This document shows, piece after piece, positions 17,818 through 26,094 of a stretch of DNA of 64,000 nt. Every line of letters begins with the position of its first letter. The stretch's first letter is position 1. Source of the DNA: a virus; the IMG/VR virus record IMGVR_UViG_3300032523_001141, positions 32,001 through 96,000 of that record; one strand, 5' to 3'. The notes under the pieces are model-generated. The model was not told the DNA's origin. It worked only from the letters and a program-made list of their open reading frames with translations, and searched no databases. A program made the position numbers and the translations under genes.

Positions 17818-19457
17818 GGGTCGCCGTCTGCGTATAGCGGGGGCTTTTCCACGGAGTACACTTCCGACGTACTTTCTGTTTCTGTTTTTGTGTGGGCAAT
17901 AGCAAACGATGTGCCGGCTGTGCTGCGCTCTGCGTTTATCACGTAAGACGCCGACATAACGGACGCGATTACAAACTCCTCCGGGTTTTCAGCAGCTTTT
18001 TCTCTGTTTTCGTCGCGTTTGGGTAAAACAATTTTAACGATACTGCCGGGCGCTATATCAAAACGAAGCGGACCAGATAACTCACCATAGCGCTGCTGTA
18101 GCACCTCACTCACAAACCAGTGCTGTGCAAACGCGTCTAACGTCGATATATTTGATTCGTAAGCCTCGCCCGCGGGCGCTGGTACGTCCGGCCCGGTGCC
18201 AGCTTTTGTGCCAGCAGCAGGGGCAGCCGCAGTTCGAGAGCCGACGACGGCTTGAGACGCAGAAACGGCCGCAGCGCCAAGGTTAGCAAACCACGCTGGC
18301 GGAGCTTTAAAAAGTTTTAAGCCGCGTTTAGTTTCCGGCGTTGTGCTTGTTGGGTATGTCGCAAAAGCGCGGTAATAGCCGATTGGTTTTGGCGCGGAGG
18401 CTGGCGAGTCCACACGACCACCGCCAACTTTTGAATCTAGCGGATAGCAGATAACAACTGACTCTAAAATTTGCGACATATTTGCGTTGAAGTTACCGTA
18501 ACTGTATTCAGCTGCGGTTATTTTCTTGCCGCCATCTTTCCACCGCAGGCCCGCGCAAAAAGGAATTGGCAGCGCCCAATCAACCGCCGGAGACACAGCA
18601 AACAAAAATTGCGCTGCATATTCTGTAATCAGTTTTGACCAAAAACTATTTTGCGCGTACGAGTCGCCGATTGTTTTTGTGAAATACTCAGACAGCGAAA
18701 TTGTCAGTCCTGTGTTAGAGCCAGCTGCGCTCACATAAAACTGCAGCGGTTTATAGTACGCCGCGCCAGTTCCGGGCATCCGCTCTAACGCTTTTTTCGC
18801 TGCGTTATTTAATTCTAATTCCTTACCGCTGTCGGGAACTACACCCGGTTGTTGCACTGTAGACGCAAACCCCGCAATTTTTTCAAACAGCGGCTTAATA
18901 GCTTTTTGCCATAAATCACCGCGTATGTTTGCAACACTAAAGAAACCGCTAGCAAAACCTGGGGTACCGCCAGCAGACGGCGTTTGAGCATATCGCTCCT
19001 GCACGGCCGCCTGCGCGTAATCCATCGGCGCCCCGGGGAACCAGTTGCCGTTAATAGCCGAAGAGTTGTTTAAGTCGTCGAGCCAGTGAACCAGATTGAT
19101 CACGTAGTTGGCTTGATTAATCGAGCGCTGATAGCCTATCCCGGCCAAAAACCCGTCAAATATTTTAAACGTGCCTTCTTGTACTTTTGTGGTGTCTCCT
19201 CCGCCCGTTGTTATTTTTAACCTAACCTCAACCTTCTGCCGCGGTTTTAATTTGCTTTTTAGGTCGTGAATTGAGGCGGCTTTGCCGGTTATCGGGTTGT
19301 AGCCGGTTGCAAGTATTAACGAGGCCGTCGGTATCGTATTAAGCGCGAATGACGCAGACGCCGACACGATATCCGGAATTTCCGCGACGAGGCTGCCGTC
19401 ATCTTCATAGACGGTAGCCCACACCTTAAATTTTGCGGAGACGTACTTGTCAGCCAT
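17784..19457 (-). CDS. Baseplate hub (gp27/gpD-like) protein
   Basis: C-terminal GELSGPLRFDIAPGSIVKI; N-terminal beta-barrel-like segment; position after tape measure. Confidence 0.6.
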   Translation of the reverse strand: MADKYVSAKFKVWATVYEDDGSLVAEIPDIVSASASFALNTIPTASLILATGYNPITGKAASIHDLKSKLKPRQKVEVRLKITTGGGDTTKVQEGTFKIFDGFLAGIGYQRSINQANYVINLVHWLDDLNNSSAINGNWFPGAPMDYAQAAVQERYAQTPSAGGTPGFASGFFSVANIRGDLWQKAIKPLFEKIAGFASTVQQPGVVPDSGKELELNNAAKKALERMPGTGAAYYKPLQFYVSAAGSNTGLTISLSEYFTKTIGDSYAQNSFWSKLITEYAAQFLFAVSPAVDWALPIPFCAGLRWKDGGKKITAAEYSYGNFNANMSQILESVVICYPLDSKVGGGRVDSPASAPKPIGYYRAFATYPTSTTPETKRGLKLFKAPPAWFANLGAAAVSASQAVVGSRTAAAPAAGTKAGTGPDVPAPAGEAYESNISTLDAFAQHWFVSEVLQQRYGELSGPLRFDIAPGSIVKIVLPKRDENREKAAENPEEFVIASVMSASYVINAERSTAGTSFAIAHTKTETESTSEVYSVEKPPLYADGDPWHDGPLAIPE

Positions 19458-20454
19458 TTTTTAACTCGTTTGTGCGGTAAATCATGGCTAGGGTAAACGC
19501 GGCTAGGCGGTATCCCGGGTCAGAGTTATCAAACCAGATATTTTTAAACGTGGCGTATGGCTCTATGTTATTTTGCACGCCAAACAGCTCGAGATATGTC
19601 GGCTCGCCCAAAAACTCTAGCTGTGGCAGGCATGTCGTAACTGCGCTACCGGGACGCGAGTAAACACGCACCGTCCAGCTCGACAGCAGTACGGGCGCCA
19701 ACACTATTTCCATTCTGCGCCGCATAGCGAGCACTTCTGGCGTTGTGTCTGTTTCAAGAATAACGCGGTCATCTGTTTCTTGCAGTAAAAACCAAAAAGG
19801 CGGTAGGTCGTCTGCGTCAAAATCTTCTAGCAACATCTGCGGAACGTCGCCGTATATGTCCGCCACGCGAAACTCAAGATCACTATCAAACAAAGGAATA
19901 GGCGCCGACAAGTCGCTAATTGGGATATCTCCGGCAGTAAGCGCGAGCGTGTTTTCGCCGTTACTCATCCACGGAACCAGCTCGTTTGTGGATTTTTTAG
20001 ACGCTTCGGCGGTTACTTTGATTTTCTGCTCAGTACCTTCACTGATAAGTTGGATGTAGTATTCGCGAAATGCGCGGCCTTGCATATTGTCAGGATTTAT
20101 TTGCCCGTTGAAGTAAATACGGGCGTTGTGCGCGCCGGCAGTGCGGTTGTACGTGAGTTGCTTTTGCGCCGTGTAAAACGGGCTAATGTTTTGCGGCCAG
20201 TATGTTACGCGGGGATCTAACGCGTAAATAAACTCAGCCAGCTCTGTCTGGTGAATTAGACTGAGTAGTTCGTGCGCCCGAAAGTTCATAAAAACTTTGT
20301 CCGGATTTGCGCCAAATAATATCTTGTGCGGTAAGGCCAAGTATGACGGCAAAACGACCGGTGCGTATGTCGGGATGTACTCTTCTCCTAGCATGCCGGG
20401 CAGATAAGCCGTGCTTGGAATATTGAGCAGTAACGTTCGTGCGTGATTGATCAT
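19450..20454 (-). CDS. Hypothetical baseplate-region protein (start re-called at MINHARTLLL)
   Basis: The ORF-track start (20571) overlaps the upstream gene; ATG at 20454 follows its stop. Confidence 0.65.
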   Translation of the reverse strand: MINHARTLLLNIPSTAYLPGMLGEEYIPTYAPVVLPSYLALPHKILFGANPDKVFMNFRAHELLSLIHQTELAEFIYALDPRVTYWPQNISPFYTAQKQLTYNRTAGAHNARIYFNGQINPDNMQGRAFREYYIQLISEGTEQKIKVTAEASKKSTNELVPWMSNGENTLALTAGDIPISDLSAPIPLFDSDLEFRVADIYGDVPQMLLEDFDADDLPPFWFLLQETDDRVILETDTTPEVLAMRRRMEIVLAPVLLSSWTVRVYSRPGSAVTTCLPQLEFLGEPTYLELFGVQNNIEPYATFKNIWFDNSDPGYRLAAFTLAMIYRTNELKNG

Positions 20455-20474
20455 ATAGTTGCTGCGTCGTGAAA

Positions 20475-20993
20475 TTAGACTACTCCCCCGCCGGCGTCGC
20501 CAAGGTAAGTGTCTGTTAGCGGGGCCGTAAGTGGCGGAGCGTCGAGGATCACACTGTACTGCAGCGTCCACTGCATAATCGGAAACGCCGGATTTGGTAT
20601 GTCCATTCGAATACCAGTTAAAAATCCGAGTAACACGCCATAACCGGCGGCAGTAATAGTAGTTGGCGTTAACGTGCGCGCTAGCCGGTTATTCATGTAA
20701 TAACCGTATACGCCACTTGGGTTTCCGCCTGCTTGTGTCATGCATTCAGTAAAACCGATCCCAGATAACGTAAGCTGGCCAAGCCTGTCACCAAACGAGT
20801 ACACATAAATAAACTCATCTAGGGTGTGTAGGAACTGATGGTTTGTGCCAAGATCTAATGAAAACCCTGTGATCGGCACCGTGGCGCTGAAGTTTTCAAC
20901 TTTAATGGCGACAATTCGGTCTGTGCTTGTGCAATTATTGTTTTCGGCTTTAACGCGCAACACGCCGCCTTCACATGGTACAAATACTGACAT
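20475..20993 (-). CDS. Tail tube initiator / tube-fold baseplate protein
   Basis: HQFLHTLDEFIYVYSFGDRLGQLTLSG tube-like motif directly after tape measure. Confidence 0.55.
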   Translation of the reverse strand: MSVFVPCEGGVLRVKAENNNCTSTDRIVAIKVENFSATVPITGFSLDLGTNHQFLHTLDEFIYVYSFGDRLGQLTLSGIGFTECMTQAGGNPSGVYGYYMNNRLARTLTPTTITAAGYGVLLGFLTGIRMDIPNPAFPIMQWTLQYSVILDAPPLTAPLTDTYLGDAGGGVV

Positions 20994-21015
20994 AATTTAA
21001 CTCGTTGTGCGGTGT

Positions 21016-24000
21016 TTATGCTGGCACTGCAACAGGCGGCGACCCGGGCGTAGTCGGCTCATGCGTCGTGTCGCTCATAAAATCAACCAATGCTGTGTCC
21101 ATGTCTTTAATTCTAATTGACCCTGTGATGGTTATCGGCTCTCTGCTTGGTTTTGTTCCGGCGCTCGCGGTGGTCGTGGCTACATCTTTTGTTCCACCCA
21201 ACCCGCCAGTTAGCAATTCGCTAATCGCGCTTACAGCGCCACTTGCCAGTTCTTTTCCAAAACCATCTGGTAATTTAAAGTTAGTGACCGTGATGTTTTC
21301 TATCTTTACGTCTTTAAATAAATTACCAACAGCGGCGGTGAGCCCAGCCGTTAGCTCGCCAAGAGCCCCGCTTGCGCCAGATAAACTGCCAGCTGCGCTA
21401 TTTATTTTTTGTTCTTCAGTAGCAGCATTTTTGGCAATGTCGGCGGCTGTATTTTCTCTACTTGTTACTCCCTTTTCTTCGTTTAAAACAACGTCTTTGG
21501 TGACATTTTCGGTAAACGCTTCAGGACTAGCTGTTGTTTCGTCTAATAATTGTTGTTGCTCTTTAGTTAACGTCTTGCCTTCTTTTTGCGCTGTTACTGC
21601 GGCGGCGAGATCGCCGCCAACTTTTCCCTCGTCAACAGCTCTGGTTAACGCAGTTAAACGTCCGGAGGAAGCGGCTTGAGAGGCAAAGCTGCCCGCGCCC
21701 ATTCGGCTAAATCCGCCCATGCTATTTACGTTGTGAGAAAATTGCGCCATAACTGCAATTTTCTCGGCTTGCGCTGCGTCAACGTTGTCGTCAGTAAGTG
21801 CGGCTTTAACTTCGTCAATATTACCGGAGTTGGTAATAAAGTTAGTTAAAGCTTCGGTAGACTTTGTTTTTCCAGCAAGATCAACGCCGTAACTCTCAAG
21901 TAATGTACTTGCGTTAATATTACCTTCGTCCATTTGGCGCCCGAGCTTGCCAATTGCGCCTATACGTTTTTTATCTTGATCGTCAATGCCGGCGTGCCAC
22001 GCGTCTGACCTATTAATCGCTTCGATAGCATTTGCGTTCGTAAGCTCGCCGGCTTGCACAATGCCCAAACCGCGCCTGTCGCTTTCACCTTGCAGGTCTT
22101 TGTGCGCAGCAAGCCGTTTAAATGCGGCTTGCGCTTCTTCGCTGTTTACATCTTGGAATACAGCAGCTGCCCCTGCCGCGCTGACGCCAGTTATGGTGCT
22201 ATACATCTGTTTGAACGCGTCGGTTGTTGTCCCATCTTTAGCAATAGTTGCCATACGCGTAACAAGCGCATCATCAGATACAAATTTATCTTTGCCTTCA
22301 AAGTTTTCCCCGGTGCCAGCAAAACGTTTTTTAAACTCGTCCATCCCGATTTTGCCTTCAGTCACTTCAGCTGCAAAATCAGCCTTTTCTTCTTCTGTGT
22401 TTATCGTGGCGCCGGCGTACTGTCCGCGGAGATCTGCAAACGCCGTTTCTAACCTCGGGTCATTTTCAGCTAAGCCGGTCATCACTTCTTTAGTTTGCTT
22501 TACAGAATCTATAGAACCCAAAACTTGCTCAAGCGCAGACGCCGAGCTGTCGCTGCCGAGCATGTCTGAAAAGCGCTGCAGCATATTGCTGCCGTCGTCG
22601 AGGTTGAACTCCAGCCCGGCGCGCGTTATGTTTCTGCGCCGTCGGCCCGAGCTAGCGGCCGCCGTGCGCGCATTAAGCCGCTGTTGCATTTCTGGCAGGC
22701 TTATATTGAACTCACCTTGCACAAAAGTGCCGGTCTCGGCGTATTGCTGCGCGGCATAATTTCGCGCTTCGGCCTCGTTTGCAAACATGCCCTCCCGCCC
22801 GATCAGCAATCTATTAGCCTCGGTCACGATGTCGGCCGGATCTGTAAGATCTTTGCGGTTTTCTTTTACGTAATCCATCATCGACGACCGCATAGCTGTG
22901 TACAGCGTATCTACACGTTCTTCGCCGGTCATGGTTGTATTTACGTCGTCAATAACGGCGCGAGAAAATCCGCTGCCCATAGTTTGCATTAAATTCAGCC
23001 GCTGCTCTTCGCTCATGTTCGGATCTTTTATCCGCTGCAGCAAATCAGCATTACCAGCAAAATTGTTCTCAATGTATTTCTTGTACTCAGCGCCTTGCGC
23101 GCCAGCTACAGCGCCCGCAAGAGGAATTAAATACTCTTGTGAATTTGGGTCACGCACCAGCGAGTCAAAATGCGAGGCTGATAACCCAGCTTGCTCGCGG
23201 AGCCTTCCAAAAAATTCACCCGGGCGGCGGGCGAACTCCTCCATAATGTTTACGGTGTCTGTGCCGTTGTTATACGTAGTTTCTCCGCGCTCTAACGCAG
23301 CTACCATTTCGGCAGCTTCGCTGTTTTTTAAATTTGGGTCTTCGGCGACGGCGCGGGCCATTGCGCCAAGATATTTTCCAGTCATAGACGCATCGCCGCG
23401 CATACCAGAATCCAGCGCTGCAAGAACGGCTTTATCAGCGTCGATGCGCCCGAAGCCCGGCGTAAACGCGCCGGTGTCTCGCATAGCCCGGCCCTGCTCC
23501 ATAGCGCTTATCGAGTTTTGGGCCGCCATTTCAGGCGTTAACCCGTATTGCTGCGCAAGCGCGCCGCCACGAGCAGACAGCCCCATGAGCGCCTCTAAAC
23601 TAACGCCGGAGTCGCGCGAAGCTAATTGTGTCCGGCGCATTAAATTTTCAATCTTGCCGGGGCTCATCGTCGTCATTGAGTTTTGCGTAAGCGCTTCCAT
23701 AGCCGCCATAAGCTGGCCCATCGGCGCGTTGCTAATACCGTTGTCGCCGAAGATTTGCCTAACGGAAGCGACAGCCTCGGTGTAACCCTTTAACGAGCTT
23801 GCCACCCGAGTAGCGTCTATTTTTCGGATGGCCTGTGAGCCGCCTGTTAATTTCTCTATGTCTTCAAGCGGCGAGTTATTTGCAATTGCATCTTGGATCT
23901 CTTTTGAAAACCCGCCAATAGTTTTACCGACGTCTGAGTCCGCCGCAGCGCCTGCCAGTTCTTTTTGGCGCGCGCTATCGCCCATCTTGCTAACACTTTG

Positions 24001-24678
24001 CGGTAGAAGCCCGCGGCGCGATAAGTCCGTCATCATGCCGCCAACGCGGCCAGCAGAAAAACCAGACACATCATTCAGGTCAGCGTCGGGGCCGTATAGA
24101 TTGCCATACAGCGCGTCTGAAAACTCAGTTAGCGACTCCCCGCTCATTGAGTCTGTCCCGTTAACACTGTCTGAACGGGAAAAGCCTACCTGATTTACAG
24201 CGCGCTGGAGTTGAACCGGATCTCCACGCCGCCCAAAAAATAAATCTTCGGAGGCCTGCGGCCCGATCAGCATTTCAGACATCATCATGCCGAACTGACT
24301 ATTTACAGTCCCAGCAAGATTGTTTAACTGCGCTGCGCCCATCTGACTTAACGGGCTGTTGTCAAACTTGTTACGGATGCCCTTAAACTGCTGGAACATG
24401 ATTCCGGTGCCGCGATCCCGCGCAGACTGCTCTGCCGTCCGGGACGCCTGCATGTACTTCGAGGACGCCATTTGGTCCATTACGCTTTGAGCCGGAAACT
24501 GCTCCGGAATAAAAGCGCCGCCCATAAACTGCTGCAGCATCGGCATGCCGAACTGCGCAAAAGCAAGATCTATTTGCGGGTTTCCGGTCCCGAGCGAGTT
24601 AAACATGGGCCGCGGAGTGCCCATTATCGGCTGCTGATTGCCGTAGCCTTGCATCGCTGGGTTAAACGGCTCAGCCAT
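21016..24678 (-). CDS. Tape measure protein
   Basis: 1220 aa, Ala/Gly/Met-rich, helical-looking, Cys-free; directly after a frameshifted chaperone pair. Confidence 0.8.
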   Translation of the reverse strand: MAEPFNPAMQGYGNQQPIMGTPRPMFNSLGTGNPQIDLAFAQFGMPMLQQFMGGAFIPEQFPAQSVMDQMASSKYMQASRTAEQSARDRGTGIMFQQFKGIRNKFDNSPLSQMGAAQLNNLAGTVNSQFGMMMSEMLIGPQASEDLFFGRRGDPVQLQRAVNQVGFSRSDSVNGTDSMSGESLTEFSDALYGNLYGPDADLNDVSGFSAGRVGGMMTDLSRRGLLPQSVSKMGDSARQKELAGAAADSDVGKTIGGFSKEIQDAIANNSPLEDIEKLTGGSQAIRKIDATRVASSLKGYTEAVASVRQIFGDNGISNAPMGQLMAAMEALTQNSMTTMSPGKIENLMRRTQLASRDSGVSLEALMGLSARGGALAQQYGLTPEMAAQNSISAMEQGRAMRDTGAFTPGFGRIDADKAVLAALDSGMRGDASMTGKYLGAMARAVAEDPNLKNSEAAEMVAALERGETTYNNGTDTVNIMEEFARRPGEFFGRLREQAGLSASHFDSLVRDPNSQEYLIPLAGAVAGAQGAEYKKYIENNFAGNADLLQRIKDPNMSEEQRLNLMQTMGSGFSRAVIDDVNTTMTGEERVDTLYTAMRSSMMDYVKENRKDLTDPADIVTEANRLLIGREGMFANEAEARNYAAQQYAETGTFVQGEFNISLPEMQQRLNARTAAASSGRRRRNITRAGLEFNLDDGSNMLQRFSDMLGSDSSASALEQVLGSIDSVKQTKEVMTGLAENDPRLETAFADLRGQYAGATINTEEEKADFAAEVTEGKIGMDEFKKRFAGTGENFEGKDKFVSDDALVTRMATIAKDGTTTDAFKQMYSTITGVSAAGAAAVFQDVNSEEAQAAFKRLAAHKDLQGESDRRGLGIVQAGELTNANAIEAINRSDAWHAGIDDQDKKRIGAIGKLGRQMDEGNINASTLLESYGVDLAGKTKSTEALTNFITNSGNIDEVKAALTDDNVDAAQAEKIAVMAQFSHNVNSMGGFSRMGAGSFASQAASSGRLTALTRAVDEGKVGGDLAAAVTAQKEGKTLTKEQQQLLDETTASPEAFTENVTKDVVLNEEKGVTSRENTAADIAKNAATEEQKINSAAGSLSGASGALGELTAGLTAAVGNLFKDVKIENITVTNFKLPDGFGKELASGAVSAISELLTGGLGGTKDVATTTASAGTKPSREPITITGSIRIKDMDTALVDFMSDTTHEPTTPGSPPVAVPA

Positions 24679-24680
24679 AG

Positions 24681-25100
24681 TTAACTTCCCGCGTCTTTAA
24701 TTTCTTCTTCGGCCGGCGGTTGTTGGCTAGCGACCAGAGCCCGATATTGCGCTATTAAATGCCCGTATTTTCCGTCTATTGTATCGTTTTTACTCGACTT
24801 TTCCTCGACCTCAATCCACGGGAATATATTAGCCTGGATTTTCTCTAAGGCGGCTGCTGCCCGCGCTTTCATATTTTGCCAGCTATCCGCCTCCAAATTG
24901 CTGTGGCTAACGTAAGCTAGCCAGTGATTATGCGCCGCAGCAATTAACTTGCTGTCCTCTTGCCGCGCCATTTCACGAATAATTAAAACGTGCTTTACGC
25001 GCCACTTGCTGTCATAGGGATCGCATTTCGCGTAATCTATAGCGCCCGATGCAGCGGCCCGCACCATTAGCGCAGCGATTCGATCCCTCACCAAAAATTT
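24681..25100 (-). CDS. Tail assembly chaperone, GT-like extension in the -1 frame
   Basis: Open -1 frame (KFLVRDRIAALM...) overlapping the end of the upstream gene at slippery A AAT TTT. Confidence 0.7.
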   Translation of the reverse strand, partial: KFLVRDRIAALMVRAAASGAIDYAKCDPYDSKWRVKHVLIIREMARQEDSKLIAAAHNHWLAYVSHSNLEADSWQNMKARAAAALEKIQANIFPWIEVEEKSSKNDTIDGKYGHLIAQYRALVASQQPPAEEEIKDAGS

Positions 25101-26083
25101 GGCTCTAGCGCCATGGCCTCCAGTGCTTCGTATAGCCGCTGAAACTGCCGAAACTGATTGCAAACTAATCTTCGTGTAACCTCTATTTTTAACACGTCCA
25201 AAACTACGTAATTCCGCAAACGGGTCAAAGGATCTAACTCTTTATTGTCGGTTTTGTTTGGAAGCTCCACGCTAGCAACGTTTTCCAGTTCAGGCACGAG
25301 CGCGATTACTTTGTCGTCAACTACCACCGCTTCTATTGAACAAGCGAGCCTATACTCGAAAAAGCGCAGGAACCATTCTGTGTCGCTGCCGAATCCGTCG
25401 CGTTTCTGATCCAACAGCATTTGATGGTGGATTTGTCTGTTCTCTTCTGCTAGCATTCCGCGAAACTTAACGTTGTAACGCCCGCCCATAATTGAGTAAT
25501 TTTTATGCATTCGTGCGCCGCCAAGAATGCTGGCCACAAATATCTCTTTATCGACCTCAGTTGGATTACTTTCATATTTTTGCCGCATATCCCAGCTGCA
25601 ACGCGGGCAGAACGGCTCAATAACAGGCGCCAGTAAATTTACGGGCGGCTCGGGTGGTTCAGTCACAATTGGCGGGACGGGCTCCTCTGTTGCGCTCGCT
25701 TTGGTTTCTGCGGCCGCTTCTTGCGTGTCGGCGGATGCTGTCGCGCGGTCGTCAACTATTGCCGGCCCCGCATCCATTTCCGATACTTTCTCGTATAACT
25801 CGCGCATATTCGGCGACATGCCCGCTGTCTTCTTCGCTTTCTCCGCGCGTTCTTGTTCTGCTATAGCTTGTACTTTTGCAGCCGCGAGTTTCTGCTTTAT
25901 TAGCTCTACGTCTTTTTCGCTCATGGCGCTGGCGTCTACGTATAGCCCGGGGACTTTACTAGCCGGCGTACGTTCGTGAATACTGGCAAGCAACTCGCCC
26001 ATGTTCTCTGGAACTGGATCGCCTAGCTGCCACCCAAATTGCTGCAGCGTCTTTTTCGTCAGTTCCGACATATACTCGGCCAT
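25088..26083 (-). CDS. Tail assembly chaperone (G-like) with a CxxC motif
   Basis: Ends ...EPNFW* at a slippery heptamer; upstream of tape measure; SD AGGAG. Confidence 0.7.
   Translation of the reverse strand: MAEYMSELTKKTLQQFGWQLGDPVPENMGELLASIHERTPASKVPGLYVDASAMSEKDVELIKQKLAAAKVQAIAEQERAEKAKKTAGMSPNMRELYEKVSEMDAGPAIVDDRATASADTQEAAAETKASATEEPVPPIVTEPPEPPVNLLAPVIEPFCPRCSWDMRQKYESNPTEVDKEIFVASILGGARMHKNYSIMGGRYNVKFRGMLAEENRQIHHQMLLDQKRDGFGSDTEWFLRFFEYRLACSIEAVVVDDKVIALVPELENVASVELPNKTDNKELDPLTRLRNYVVLDVLKIEVTRRLVCNQFRQFQRLYEALEAMALEPNFW
25094..25100 (-). promoter_or_regulatory. -1 programmed ribosomal frameshift site A AAU UUU
   Basis: X XXY YYZ heptamer in the correct phase, separated from the TGA by one codon (TGG); -1 frame open for about 138 codons. 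Confidence 0.75.
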
Positions 26084-26094
26084 CTTGGCTCCTT

